A stretch of 63,000 bases of DNA, filler included, from Atractiella rhizophila (GCA_021432655.1; 25 parts of 25 records of this genome joined end to end with filler, not necessarily neighbours in it); one strand, 5' to 3'. Counted from the first letter of the whole stretch, positions 51,299 through 63,000 are shown. The notes: a model not told the origin generated them from the sequence alone. Numbers and translations: made by a program.

Positions 51299-52014
51299 AT
51301 GCTCATTTCCTCTTCTCACGCTCTCTCGCTCTCACACCGAGCCTCGTCTTTCCTCTCCTGTGCGTATGCCTACATTCAACTATCTAACTAGTACTGATTC
51401 TGTCTCTTTGCGTCAACAGTCTGCAGCCAGCAAGTGCGAACTGCAACGAAGCGAGCGGCAGGTTACACCAACAATGGACGTGATTCTCGAGGAAGGAGAC
51501 TGGGTATCAAACGCTGGGAAGGTCCGCGTGCCGTCTCTTTATTCCCATCGTAGGCTGAGCTTGTTTGGTGGTAAAAGGTGTAGAAGTGAAAGCTGGCGAG
51601 ATTCTAGTGAGACAACGGGGAACGAAGATTCACGCTGGACAACACGTATGGTTCCCTCTCTTTCCGCTACCTTGCGCTCGGTGATTCTCTGCCTCTTTTT
51701 CATGGACATAGGTGTACATAGCTCGCGACCACACACTTCACGCTCTCATCCCTGGCTTCGTGCGCTTCTACCGCTGGCCGACTCCTCCAACGATTCCCAT
51801 CCTCCCGCCCACCGGAATGGAGAACCCGTTCTGGAACCCACAGCTAAAAAATCTGGTTTACAAGCGAAAGAGCAAGCTCTACGTTGGCATTGTGAGGAGT
51901 AGAGAAGATAGGTTGCCGAGAGAAACGGAGAAGTTAGGGAGGGATAGGAGGTTGGGTGTTAAAGTCCTTCCGCCGAAAGTGAAGGAAGTGGAAGAGAGGA
52001 CTGAAGCACGGTGA
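51299..52014 (+). CDS. MRP7: Mitochondrial ribosomal protein bL27m, 4 exons
   Basis: Spliced VRTATKRAAGYTNNGRDSRGRRLGIKRWE|GVEVKAGEILVRQRGTKIHAGQH|VYIARDHTLHALIPGFVRFY after a Ser-rich presequence. Confidence 0.92.
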
Positions 52015-52167
52015 GAGCTTTGCCACTTTTGGAATGGGTGGATGCATAATTTCATTTCTGTTCCTGCACAAATTTCAATGGTTAATACCATTAATTCCAT
52101 AGCAGTGTTGCTAGAGCATTGACGATGACAAGACAAGACTAAAGCTATGTAATTGCTAGCAGCTAAA

Positions 52168-52870
52168 TCAATTCTTAGCAATTGCGATGCACTCCATTCC
52201 TACACAATTCGTGTCACTTGCCTGTTCAACAACCAAAATGAGACGAACCAATGAGGCAACCAGCCGGCAGGTTCGCAACCTATCGCTTCAGTCAGTTTTG
52301 TGAAAAGGTTATCGAACGCACCTCAACCGCGCTTCTTGCCGGCTTGTGCTCTCCAAACCATTCCGCGTAGACAGCATTAACTTTCGCGAAATCGTTCAGG
52401 TCTGAGAAAAAAACTTGCGCATATGCGTCTTTATTAGCATTCTGCTTGAATGATGAAGTACTTACCGGTGACTTTGACGATGTCTTGTATATCTGAGCCT
52501 CCGGCGCGGACTATGGAAGTCATATTTTCAAGCACTTTCTTCTATAAGATGATGATGATGAATGTTTCAGTCGTCAGATCATTCTCAACCTTAAGAGAAT
52601 CGACGGACAGCTTGAGCTTCCACACCACCTGGGACGAGCGTCATGGTAGTATGATCGAAGCCTAAGAACGCAGGCCAAAACGTTACACCAAAGGGTTATT
52701 CCCACAGTTCCTCACCTCCTTGAGCGGAAGTAAATATGAGACCGCCAGCTTTGGCCGCCTGTGCTGTAGCTCCATCAGTCCAAAACTAAGTAATTGAATG
52801 GAAGGTAGATACAGTACGGCCCGAGTGCTTGAGGAGCGTTTGCCGTTGAGATCGTACCGTGCGAAGACAT
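52168..52870 (-). CDS. RidA/YjgF/YER057c family imine deaminase, multi-exon
   Basis: [67 protein letters not shown] and MECIA. Confidence 0.9.
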
Positions 52871-53354
52871 CTGTGGCGAATTGGCTGTTGCAGCGAGACA
52901 AAGGAGATGTTGACTGAACGTTGATATAACGTCGAACGTCGATATTTCGTATTGATGCCCTGGTTGATGCTGCTAGCTGGCCTGTTTCGCTACGCCATCA
53001 GAATTTGAAAAAGCAAACAATGTGCCATGGACTCGGACTTATCACTATGTATAGCATTGTCTGGGAACCAATCTTTGTGGGTATTGACAAGTCCTTGGGC
53101 TGGTCCAATGCCTCNNNNNNNNNNNNNNNNNNNNNNNNNNNNNNNNNNNNNNNNNNNNTTAATTAATTAANNNNNNNNNNNNNNNNNNNNNNNNNNNNNN
53201 NNNNNNNNNNNNNNTTTCGAGACGTAGTAGCTCGCCAAACCGAACTTGACGACGTACAGTGGATCGTCAGCCCCAAGGCTAAGGCGGTCCCTTGCATTTT
53301 CTTCCTCGAGAGGGTCGCACTGAAACAAAAAATTGATGAAGATGAGGTTACTTA

Positions 53355-54020
53355 TCCTTATCCCTTCCTTATATATGAAGCACGACGGGTTTTGACCATG
53401 ACTCACACATGTACCTTCTGAGCCCTTATATCACCACCCACAATAGCCCTCTCCAAATCTGAGCATACCACACGAATATGCGTGTCGGCGCCCTTCGAAC
53501 AGTATACAGCAAAGCCCATTTGAAAGACGAAATAAAAATTGTTTTCCTTACTGACTCATGTGAATTCTTGGTCCAACAATCCCGTCAAAATTCTGAGCAC
53601 AGCACCAGAATGCGTGCCTTTCGAACCGTAACAACAAAGCTTATCTAAAAGACAGAAAATAATTCCGAGTCCAGTGACTGGCTTTGTCACTTCAAGAGTT
53701 TCCTTACATACTTAGAATAAGTTAACAGAGTAAAGAGTTTGTGTGATGGTTGTGGTTGGTGTTATGTGAGAGCCCAACGTAATTTTGCTTTTGGTGTTGG
53801 GTCGATTCTCTGTTCCGTCACATTTTGTCACTCTTGAAGCCGTGAGTGCCTGCACTCAATTTAACAGATAATGTAGTTTCCAAAAAAGTGTTATGAGTAC
53901 TCGATCACTGATTATCTTTCAGCATGTTCCTAACAGCATAGTCAACCACTTTTTATTGAAAAGCAGCGGGAACTAGATGTAGTCCCCTGAGGGACGAGGG
54001 CTTCAGCTTGTTGTAGTTGA
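53355..54020 (+). mobile_element. Helitron 5' terminal region related to the element at 23012-25450
   Basis: 53378 to about 54015 aligns by eye to the reverse complement of about 24878-25450. It begins A|TCCTTATCCCTTCCTTATATATG, fitting the A|TC 5' end rule. Confidence 0.75.
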
Positions 54021-56509
54021 ACAGAAGGGTGACGACAGTGCCAGCATGAGAATGACAAACGAGGCGCGCTGTTTCTCCACCAATATAGATGGAAAAGACG
54101 GGAGTCCTGTGTTGGGGATTTGAACGACAATGTTATAAAGCGTTATTTGGCCATGAAGCTCCACCACGTTATTGGCTCGATTCTCAAAGTCGCTTGGGTA
54201 TCATCATCGTCGCTTCCAAGGTATTGTTTCGTGCTCGCAGAGAGAAGTTGGTGGTGTCAGGATTTTGGCGCGTTGAGCATCATTCAATTGCCACCAGTTC
54301 TGTGGCTGTTTTTCTTGCACTTTCTGGACTACCGTGCTTACCAATGTTTGCCACTTACTGTAAAGGTATAAAAGCACTCGATTCTTTATCGTAATATTAT
54401 GAACTTGTAATTTCATCAGGTGGCGCCACAGCGGAGAACAGAAATATTACAGTTTAGTTTACCATAGCGGAAAAACAGGAGCGTGCTACACTTCACCCCC
54501 TTCCAATACCACCTCTTTCTCCAAATCAGCTTCACCTCAGTCATTCACCGGTGAAGTACATGGTATTCCGAGGTGGAGTGACGTGGTATCGGCCAACTCT
54601 TGTTCGAAGGATTGATGGAAGATGGAAGAGAAATGGGACCTATGAGTGCAGCAGCGCTGAGCTTGGCGCCGAGGATTATGGGGTCGACATGCCAATTGGC
54701 CCACAGAAAGTACATGAGGACAGAAGGCAGGAGAGAGAAGTTTGACGGACCCAACCCATAGCGAAAGACAAGGAAGGGTCGACGACTCTCTCCTCAATCC
54801 CATGCTGACCTGCTTTCTCCTCCTTAATTCTGAGACATCGGTGTTAAAACTGGTATGGACTTTGCAAGTCCATCAAGCAGATTAGTAAGCAAAAGAAACA
54901 CCAGGTAATGCCACTGGTGAATCAGTGGAGATGAGACCAATCGTGCGAAAAGGTTCGCGAAGGCCAGAAGCTGCACCAGCTCATTCTAAGATACAAGGAC
55001 ATACCATTCTATTTGGTAGTAGTAAGAGGGGCGAAACTTGTTCTAGGACTCACATCCGGAAGTGTTGACAAAGTCGAGAGTCCGGTGGAGGAACAGGTGT
55101 CAATGGAATGAGAGGACCGCAGGTTATGTAAGTCGATTGTTTCTACACGAAGCTAGCTGCCATACCTTCTAGGCTACATGGCTTTCTCTTCCGCAGGTAG
55201 AATTCCCGTCCCTGTGACCTGCGTTCGAGTCGAGGTACAGTAGTCTTTCGATTGGAGTGGACTGTAACGCGTAACACCAACCGCATTCCAGTCTACTATT
55301 TTGGGACATGTAACGTGTAATGCGCGGCCATTCGATAAAAGGTAAGCAGGTCAACAAAGTTCAGTAACACTGGTTGCAAGCTCCACTCGTTGTGTCGTGA
55401 ACTTGGTCATCCTTGGGTGGCTTCTGTCCCACACATTCTTCTTTCTAATTCACTTCTCTTCTCTCTTCCAAACAACCATGGAAATCTTTCAGTGTATTTG
55501 GATGGTGTATGAGGTTAACAAGGTGTGGTAAGAGGTCGGGGTAAGGGTTGGAGGGATGGTTGAAAATTGTAGAATGGGAGCTTTGTTGAGCAGTNNNNNN
55601 NNNNNNNNNNNNNNNNNNNNNNNNNNNNNNNNNNNNNNTTAATTAATTAANNNNNNNNNNNNNNNNNNNNNNNNNNNNNNNNNNNNNNNNNNNNAGGGGA
55701 TGAAAGTGAGTAGCCAAAAAGAACTTGAGAATGAAGCTGTGTGTTTCCCTCTGCCTTTCGAATCTGGCCTGATAAATCCGGCTAGAGCGCCATTCTTCGA
55801 GGCCCCACAGGCACAGTAACATTTAGAAATACCGGCTCCTGGTTTCCGGTCATGCCTTAGTCCTGCCTATCATTGACCCTTTTTTTCAGTCCAGTTGACC
55901 TCAACTTTTGGCATCATGACGACGGAGAGCCAGAAAGCTCCGGTTTCAAGTATGATTCAGATGAATCCAAGTATGAATCAGATGGAATCGATTATGAATC
56001 GGATGGAATCGAGTATGACGGACGTGAGGGAGTGGAAGCAACGATGGAGGTGGATGACGAAGCTGAGAAAACTGAGATGATAGTAGATGAGGTAATACTG
56101 TGTTTGAGTCGCATGAGCTTCACTGACACATCATCAGGGATTCATTCTTGATGAGCCAGCAGGGGATAATTTGAAGAAGAGAAAGGCCTCCCTTACGGAA
56201 GATGAAGAGGTTGAAGTAAAGCGACGACGAAAATAGACGCCGTACATGGGTGTGATACTTCTGTGTATGTAGTGATGGTTATATTACTTTTGTTGTGGTT
56301 TAACATTTCATCCTGCCATCTCATACTGAGTGGCAATTAGGTTTTGTAGAAATTTGTTCTGGAAGTTTCTGGTATTTCTTACTTGCCCCTTGTTCTGGAG
56401 TTGACTTACTTTTTTACTTTTCTTGAATGTCCTCAGAATCCTCGTCTGTATATACATAAAGGGAGTAAATGTCCTGAGAAATGCGTCAGAAAAATCTTGA
56501 TACATATGA

Positions 56510-57250
56510 TCTTATGAAAGAATTGGATATAGGACCAGGCAGTTGAGGAGTAAGCATCCCTAGTGGCTGGGTCGTTAGCTAGGGCAAGAGTGGTGGCTCA
56601 CTCGTGGATTAAACGATCCGGACTCCGCGACTTCCGGCGACGATGACTTCCTCTCGAAAGTCGGAGCAACTCCATTAGTTCTCCTCCCCCTCAGCTCCTC
56701 GGGTCGGCGGGAGTTCGAAAACGTTGATGAAGAGTTATGGGAGGTATTGTCGGAATATGTCGTCTCTATCCAGTGACAGAGCATCTGTGATGAAGTTCTT
56801 GTCCCATGGAAAGTGTAACACCCTGAGGTCAACCTCTTGTGACAACATACGGATCTGTGAGCACTGCAAATGCGAGCCGTCCTCTTTCCGCTTCCTTATA
56901 AACTGTTGGATCAAATCAGTCATCGCCATTCTGGTCCACCCGAGAGGGGAAACCTTCCCTAAGCCACAGGAAAAGAGCGTGATCACCGGCTGTCGTTTGT
57001 GAAGGACCATGTTTCCTTCAGTATGTTCAGGCGATCGCTAGGGGGGCCTATCCGACTTGATCGTAACCAGTCCTGTCGCGCGAGAGGAGAGTTCAGTCGC
57101 AGGGGAACCCAAATAGTGCAGGGTGGTGGCGGAGGAGTCAATGGATTCTATCGCGCGAGAGCAGAGTTCTCTGATTGGTGTGGTCTATCGCGCGAGAGCA
57201 GACTTTGCTTGGTAGGGTTCTATCGCGCGAGAGTAGAGTTCCGTCGACGA
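56510..57250 (-). mobile_element. Degenerate tyrosine-recombinase retrotransposon (DIRS/Ngaro-like) fragment
   Basis: RNase H-like end VDLRVLHFPWDKNFITDALS..INVFELPP is followed by DRLIHE*ATTLALANDPATRDAYSSTAWSYIQF, resembling the start of the recombinase ORF. Four TCGCGCGAGAG repeats lie upstream. Confidence 0.65.
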
Positions 57251-57548
57251 GCTGTGTCTTGCGTCGCCTCTCAATCCCCGCACACGCCTCGCACGTTTCT
57301 CGTGCTTCTTGAAAGACCATCAGCTAGTGAAGAACCTGAACTCAATTATTTATGCATTAGGCCATGTCGATGCTTAATCATGAGGAAAGAGGTACTCCCA
57401 TGAAGGTAGAATTCATGGAGGACACTCTGGGAACACAGTTCATCAGCAGCTTCTGAGCGGTAGCTATAGCCCTATCCATCTTAGGATAGCTCCGGTTCTT
57501 GTCACCTAGGCTCTATGGCAGCACCATAGGAGCCCTACTATCGCCCAT

Positions 57549-58073
57549 CAGTGCTTTTCACCGTCACGGTCGACGGGGCTTTTTTGGCACCCCGTCCCGT
57601 CACCATCGAACGAATCGAACGAGGTGATTGGCACGAGACGGGCGGTTAATAGACGGGCTAAGCGGCCTTCTGGGCGGGTAGTCCTATTTTACAACAAGTC
57701 TTGTGAAAAATGGCGAAAGTGTTGAAGTTTTGTGTGAAAAGGTTAGCAAACCAGCAATAATTGCGTGCATGTCTTGTGAAAAATGGCGAAAGCGTCGAAG
57801 TTTTGTGTGAAACATGAAATCCCACGGTTTACACGCAATTTATAGCTGGTTTGCTAACCTTTTCACAAAGGTTGCAAGGCTATGGAGCCAAATATTCTAG
57901 CAGACCCGGAGACCGTTGGGGTTAAAACTGGTCGACCAGTTTTGTGCTGCGGGGAAACTGGTCTATGTCGGGTGCGCCTCCGAGGCCACAAACATGGCCA
58001 AATCTTCCTTCGAAAGAAGAGAAGAGTTCTCAGAAGAAAGCATGAATGGAATGAGGAAAAGAAGGAAGAAGGA
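57549..58073 (+). mobile_element. Possible DNA transposon end with direct and inverted subterminal repeats
   Basis: Starts CAGTGCTTTTCACC (hAT-like), then CG-rich ACGG/CCGT motifs, a direct repeat of about 42 bp, an inverted repeat of about 36 bp and a 20-bp palindrome. Confidence 0.45.
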
Positions 58074-58173
58074 NNNNNNNNNNNNNNNNNNNNNNNNNNN
58101 NNNNNNNNNNNNNNNNNTTAATTAATTAANNNNNNNNNNNNNNNNNNNNNNNNNNNNNNNNNNNNNNNNNNNN

Positions 58174-58268
58174 CCTAACCCTAACCCTAACCCTAACCCT
58201 AACCCTAACCCTAACCCTAACCCTAACCCTAACCCTAACCCTAACCCTAACCCTAACCCTAACCCTAA
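58174..58268. repeat. Telomere array (CCCTAA)n, about 16 units, at the contig start
   Basis: Perfect hexamer array at the contig edge, in the orientation expected for a chromosome end. Confidence 0.95.
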
Positions 58269-58616
58269 ACCCTTAATGGCATCAAGCATGTAAAGGCAAG
58301 AGAAGGCACAGACGCCTCCATTGTCGATCGAGAGGATTCGTAGACCTTTAGTATTAACCTTCTTGATATCCGCAAGCCGTATCTGCAAATTGGGGTCGAT
58401 CGACCTATTCCTGATGGGCTCCGGATGCGACGTGGACGGCGCAGGGGTCGGTTGATGTGATGGAGGAACAATTGGTAGCGGCTGTGATGGGTGACCCTGC
58501 CGTTGACTCCCATTTGATTCGTTCCGAAATGAATCAGCGGGCTTTGCAACCTCGCCGTCAGCGTCGTAAGACGTGGAATGGCGGAGGCAGCATATGCGTC
58601 GGGAATGGTTGCTCAT
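58269..58616 (-). pseudogene. Patatin-like phospholipase gene cut off by the telomere
   Basis: GLRILSIDNGGVCAFSCLYMLDAI resembles the patatin start LRILSLDGGG.RGLS.L.IL; the frame runs straight into TTAGGG repeats. Confidence 0.72.
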
Positions 58617-59673
58617 GAGCGTCCACGTTTTTCCGTTCTAATAAAGATGAAAGTCAATACAATATCCCCTCTTACATTGCAACGGTCCATCGCGATAAGC
58701 GCAGCTGTGTTGAAAACCAATTCTTCAGTCATTCCATAAGACTCATTCTTGGAGAAGGAGCCTGATTCTAACCACAGTCACAGGAAAGCTTTTAGGAGAA
58801 AGTGGTCACAAGGTAGAACAACAAACTCAGCTCAGGGCACCTGACCGTACGTCATATAAGTTAAAGGATAACAACAGTGGTAAAAACACGACAGTACGCT
58901 GAAGCATTACTCGTTCCTTCCTCAACATTTATTGCCCAGGTTCGATGCTCCAATCTGGCTTCAATAGCATCACTTTATGGCGATACCACTGAGCATTCGC
59001 CCTGTATGAAACATGACCCACGGGATGCCTGAGTGTTCCCATCCCACCCCATACAAACGAGTGTTCATTCGCAGTTGAAGTACACACCTTTGAAGGTACC
59101 GTTCACAAAGTTCAGCTTGTTCTGGCTTACGTAGCTCCCACAAACGGGCGTCGATGTTGCTTTCGCCGTCCTTTCGCGAAATTCGAACACTTCAGCATGT
59201 CATTCGACTCATTAATCGACAATGACATTCCAGATGCTTACCAGGAGGTGTTCAAAACCTTAATCCAAGGGTTGGCGTCGATCGGCGTTGAAACTGGTCC
59301 AAAACTTGTCTATGGCCAAATCTTCCTGAAATCGACGCGCAAAACTTTTTTCTCCATGTGGCGGCAAACTGGTCGCCCCGAGGGTTTTGCGGTCAATTTC
59401 GGGGCCATCGAATATTATGGAATGCAAAAACGTAGTAATGATTACTGCTTCATCATGGACATAATTTAGACTGATCCAGTGTCTATGAAAAGGAATGTGT
59501 CTGTCTCTGAAGCAAAAAAAAAAATAAAAAATAAAAAATAAAGATATGGGTATGTCGAAACTTGAAATGTGATCGCACCTTCCGACATCAATACACAATG
59601 TGTTTTCTTGTTAAGTCGCTTGAACACAACGTATATGATGCTGTTGTTGCCCTGTATAACATGTAATAACGAT

Positions 59674-60099
59674 GAGTGAACATTAAAAAAGCGGAGGACA
59701 AAACACACACCTCATATACATCAAAAATGCAATTCCACATTGCTTCGCCATTATCTATCGTATTTTAGACGTGAGTAGCGCGAATGGGAGGCCGGAGATG
59801 TAGCTTCAACGACGTATAATGTGTATTGAGAACGAGTGAACATTAAAAAAAGCGGAGGACAAAATACGCACCTCATATACATCAAAAAACGCAATTCCTC
59901 ATTGCTTCGCTATTATCCATTGTTTTTTAGACGTGAGTAGCGCGAATGGGAGGCCTGAGATGTAGCTTCAACGACGTATAATGTGTATTGAGAACGAGTG
60001 AACATTAAAAAAAGCGGAGGACAAAACACGCACTTCATATACATCAAAAAACGCAATTCCTCATTGCTTCGCTATTATCCATTGTTTTTTAGACGTGAG
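59674..60099. repeat. Tandem repeat, unit 160-162 bp, about 2.6 copies
   Basis: Units start GAGTGAACATTAAAAAA at 59674, 59834 and 59996. Confidence 0.92.
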
Positions 60100-60263
60100 A
60101 GCGAGGAGCAATGGGCTTGGGGGCTAGATATTACTAGGTATAATGCGTAATAAGAGTGAGCAAACATCAAAAAAAAAAGCGAAGGAAAAATTCCACACCC
60201 CTGGCGGTGGGGGATGCCCGAGGGACGAGGGCACTGACACACTTGTTTTATATAAGGAAAGGA
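60100..60263 (-). mobile_element. Probable Helitron-type 5' terminus
   Basis: The minus strand reads A|TCCTTTCCTTATATAAAAC, very similar to the terminus at 53355-53378. Confidence 0.5.
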
Positions 60264-60637
60264 TATGCATTACGACAGGACCTTCACTTCTCTCCTTCCG
60301 CTTGCATCATTCTCCCGCATTCACGCTAATTATCGACAAATACTCCATACCATCATCATCCCTCCCGCTGTTTGCAATTTTGGCATGATACTGTTAGCTA
60401 CTTTCAACACCAGTGTGTGCCAGTAATATAAATAACGAACAAATGATGTGTACATTTATTACAATTGGATGTGGGAATGACTGAACGATACTGAAATCAA
60501 ATCTATTTGTGTATTACAATTGACTGAAAGAGCCTTCNNNNNNNNNNNNNNNNNNNNNNNNNNNNNNNNNNNNNNNNNNNNTTAATTAATTAANNNNNNN
60601 NNNNNNNNNNNNNNNNNNNNNNNNNNNNNNNNNNNNN

Positions 60638-61788
60638 TGGGAGAGGTACTTGATATTGTGTTCCTTCTGATAGTTCGCGTCGTACGGCTACCCTAGAGGC
60701 GTGAACCCCCTTCCCAATGTTGATGTGAAGCAATTAGACGAACCTCAAGAGGCATGCAATAATCACACATGCTCTTCGCCCCATGCCTGCACATCCGCGT
60801 ATCCCTTGGACGAGGGATCTTCCCATCCTTCTTTTCCCAATATTTGTCTACCTCATCCTCCTCCACATGCTGCCATGGCTTCGCTGCTACTGATGAACCT
60901 GCCTTCGAGGATCCAGCTTCAACTGAGGTTGATGTTGAAGCGGCACCATTGGCCACGAGCGGCGGAGGGGGGTCTGAAGATGCATCATCTTGGGGAGGGG
61001 GGTAAGAAGCAAAAAGGAGGTCTCCATGGCTGCAGGAACAGTCAGTAACTAAGAAATCATGCACAGCAGAGAGAAATTACTTGATACCCAAGCTCTTCAA
61101 GGAGCCTCGAAGTCCGGCTACTTTATTTTCTCCTCCCCTTGGTTGATTAGAGAAGGCAAGAGCGCTGGGATCTGAAGTCTTGATATCTGCCAGTAACTGT
61201 GTTGCAGTAATAGTTAGCACATGTCCTCCTAGAATACTATATCCTGCGCAAATCTACAGGACGTGCAATGTATATGGGTCACACCGTCTGTCGATATATA
61301 AACAAAGGAGATCTCTGCAGTGAAAGGAGACATATCCATAGGGCTGCCAGGTGGCGTAAGGCAGGGAAGCAACTATTCAACAGTCGACTTGGGTACACAT
61401 TAGAACTACTGTCCGCATGATCGAAGCTACAGAGCACATATTGGTAAGGCATTGCGGTTCCCTGTTCTTCGCAGAGATCTTCAAGCGTCTCACAATAACG
61501 CGTAAGCGTACGAAGGGACACTCAGGAAGAGCAAGCATTCATCAGATATGGCCATCATCTTCCCACTTCACAGACATCTTTTACGATGGAACTGTACAGA
61601 ACAGCCTCACGAACTCCAATTCGAAAGCAGAGAAAGGAAGAACGCGCACCTTTTGTACAAGTACCTGGATATCATCTGTCTCCTTGACATCGTACCTGAA
61701 ATTCCCATCTCTCGCTCTAATTCTTACCAGCTACCATTCCGGAAGACCTAATCAGCAAAATCCCACATTTCCAAGGGAAACTCGCCAT
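60638..61788 (-). CDS. NPL4: Nuclear protein localization protein 4 (Cdc48/p97 cofactor), 5' part
   Basis: [13 protein letters not shown]..|[61 protein letters not shown]. Confidence 0.95.
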
Positions 61789-63000
61789 ATTTGCTTCGTG
61801 AAATATGCTGCAAAGGCGGGTGGTCGTTCGTTGATGACGCGTTGGATGCGTTGATGAGGGTAGAAACTCGATCAACTACCAATCCACCGACCATCCACAA
61901 GTAGAGTTGCAGAAGGGCAGGCGGAATAGAGTAAGGTGTTGATTCCAAGGGTCGAAAGGAATGAATTACAATGAAGTTACAATGGGCTTTTTATACCTTA
62001 AGGAACTCGGCAAAATGAGGGAAACGGCAAAGGGGAAAGAAAACTAGAGCCACAAATGACGGTGGCACGAATGCAGCTTAAAATGGTGCCAAACTCTGAC
62101 ATAAGGAATAGGCATTCGAACGGAATAGGAGAGACACAGGAGGAGAGCATTGGATTTATCGTAAAACCGCATTTGCAGCATAAAGTACGTGCTTCTCTCA
62201 CCTTACAATATGGACTGCCCCGTCGTGTTGGGATTATCTTCCTCTGTCAGTCACAAACTCTCTAGAGCAGTTTCTTTGCTATAGGAAAAAGAAAGCTCTT
62301 ATAGACGAGGACAAACGGTGTTCTTTACGTCCCTCTCATGTTACCTTCTTATGAACGGAAGCAGGAATGGATTTCCATGTGAAAAAGTTACATTGTGCAG
62401 GGAAGAACTCAGCGAATCACAAAGGTTATTATGCTTCTGAGTTTCCCAGGAATGTAAATGAGCTTATCCAGTTGCGGTTTGAGTGTTACTGGACTTCAGG
62501 TGTTCATTCACTCGATACTGTCCCCTTAAGCACAAACAACTTAAGAACATTGAGATGTGTATAGAGCTTCATTTATCAAAGCCATAACGAAACATTCGAC
62601 GAAAGTTCACTTGTTAGCACCTTCTATCCCAAACATTTAGCCGAATGAGTCTTAATGGTGCAAGATACCTCAAAAGGAGTAGCGTAGTGAGAAAGTCACA
62701 GGAGTTCAATGCATGGGCCATTCGCTTGAATATTTCAGCACTGAAGTCGTGTACACAACGCTATTGCTCTTCCTACCTCGTTCGTTTTATCTTTGCTTAC
62801 CTTCTTCTGAGTGATTGGCGGTCGAGGGTCGGATGAACATGTTAGCGGCGGCCCCATAAATGTTGCAAGCCTCTATATTCCAACATTTTGTTCTGTTTTC
62901 TGTAGTTTTCTGATATGACCTTCCAGTGTCTGCTACACCTCAGGTCAAAGCTTCCGGTTGGCGAACAAAGGGGAATACGGGCCTCTCATCCTCGGCCGTT

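Noticed and set aside
58122..58270. GLGLGL repeat protein
   Set aside because: It is the translation of the telomere array.
35673..58616. TPR array and patatin fragment as one patatin-NB-ARC-TPR gene
   Set aside because: They are on different contigs, and the patatin copy ends in a telomere, so no link is supported.
59674..60099. CRISPR array
   Set aside because: Whole 160-bp units repeat with no unique spacers, there are no cas genes, and the context is eukaryotic.
2480..60637. Regular 2.5-kb periodicity of TTAATTAATTAA, and ORFs ending in X..LIN
   Set aside because: Concatenation linker, not genomic sequence.
61515..61565. C/D box snoRNA in NPL4 intron 2 (ATGATG..CTGA..CTGA on the minus strand)
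   Set aside because: The boxes are too close together and I could not identify an rRNA-complementary guide.

Overview
This is not one locus. It is 25 unlinked contigs of about 2.36-2.48 kb, ordered by decreasing length and joined by 24 artificial 100-nt linkers (N-run, TTAATTAATTAA, N-run), so nothing can be inferred across a linker. The DNA is fungal, most likely a basidiomycete: introns of about 50 nt with GTRMGT/GTGAGT donors, TTAGGG telomere repeats, DUF6534-like membrane proteins and a Zn2Cys6 factor. Recognisable host genes or fragments: HMT1/ABCB6-type ABC transporter, Zn2Cys6 factor, RING protein, BAH-PHD protein, long-chain alcohol oxidase, derlin, dual-specificity phosphatase, TFIIIC B-block subunit, P450 tail, TPR array, MYND protein, CIA2/FAM96B, enoyl-reductase-like protein, mitochondrial bL27, RidA and NPL4. 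About a third of the contigs carry transposon remnants: CACTA with a solo LTR inside it, Helitrons, hAT ends with a shared TIR, a PIF/Harbinger MITE and a DIRS/Ngaro-like fragment. I found no new multi-gene system that the sequence supports. Best leads: a telomere joined directly inside a patatin-like gene, B-box-like motifs at the TFIIIC subunit gene (possible autoregulation), and repeat families that can be pieced together across contigs. All calls come from reading the sequence by eye; no searches were run.
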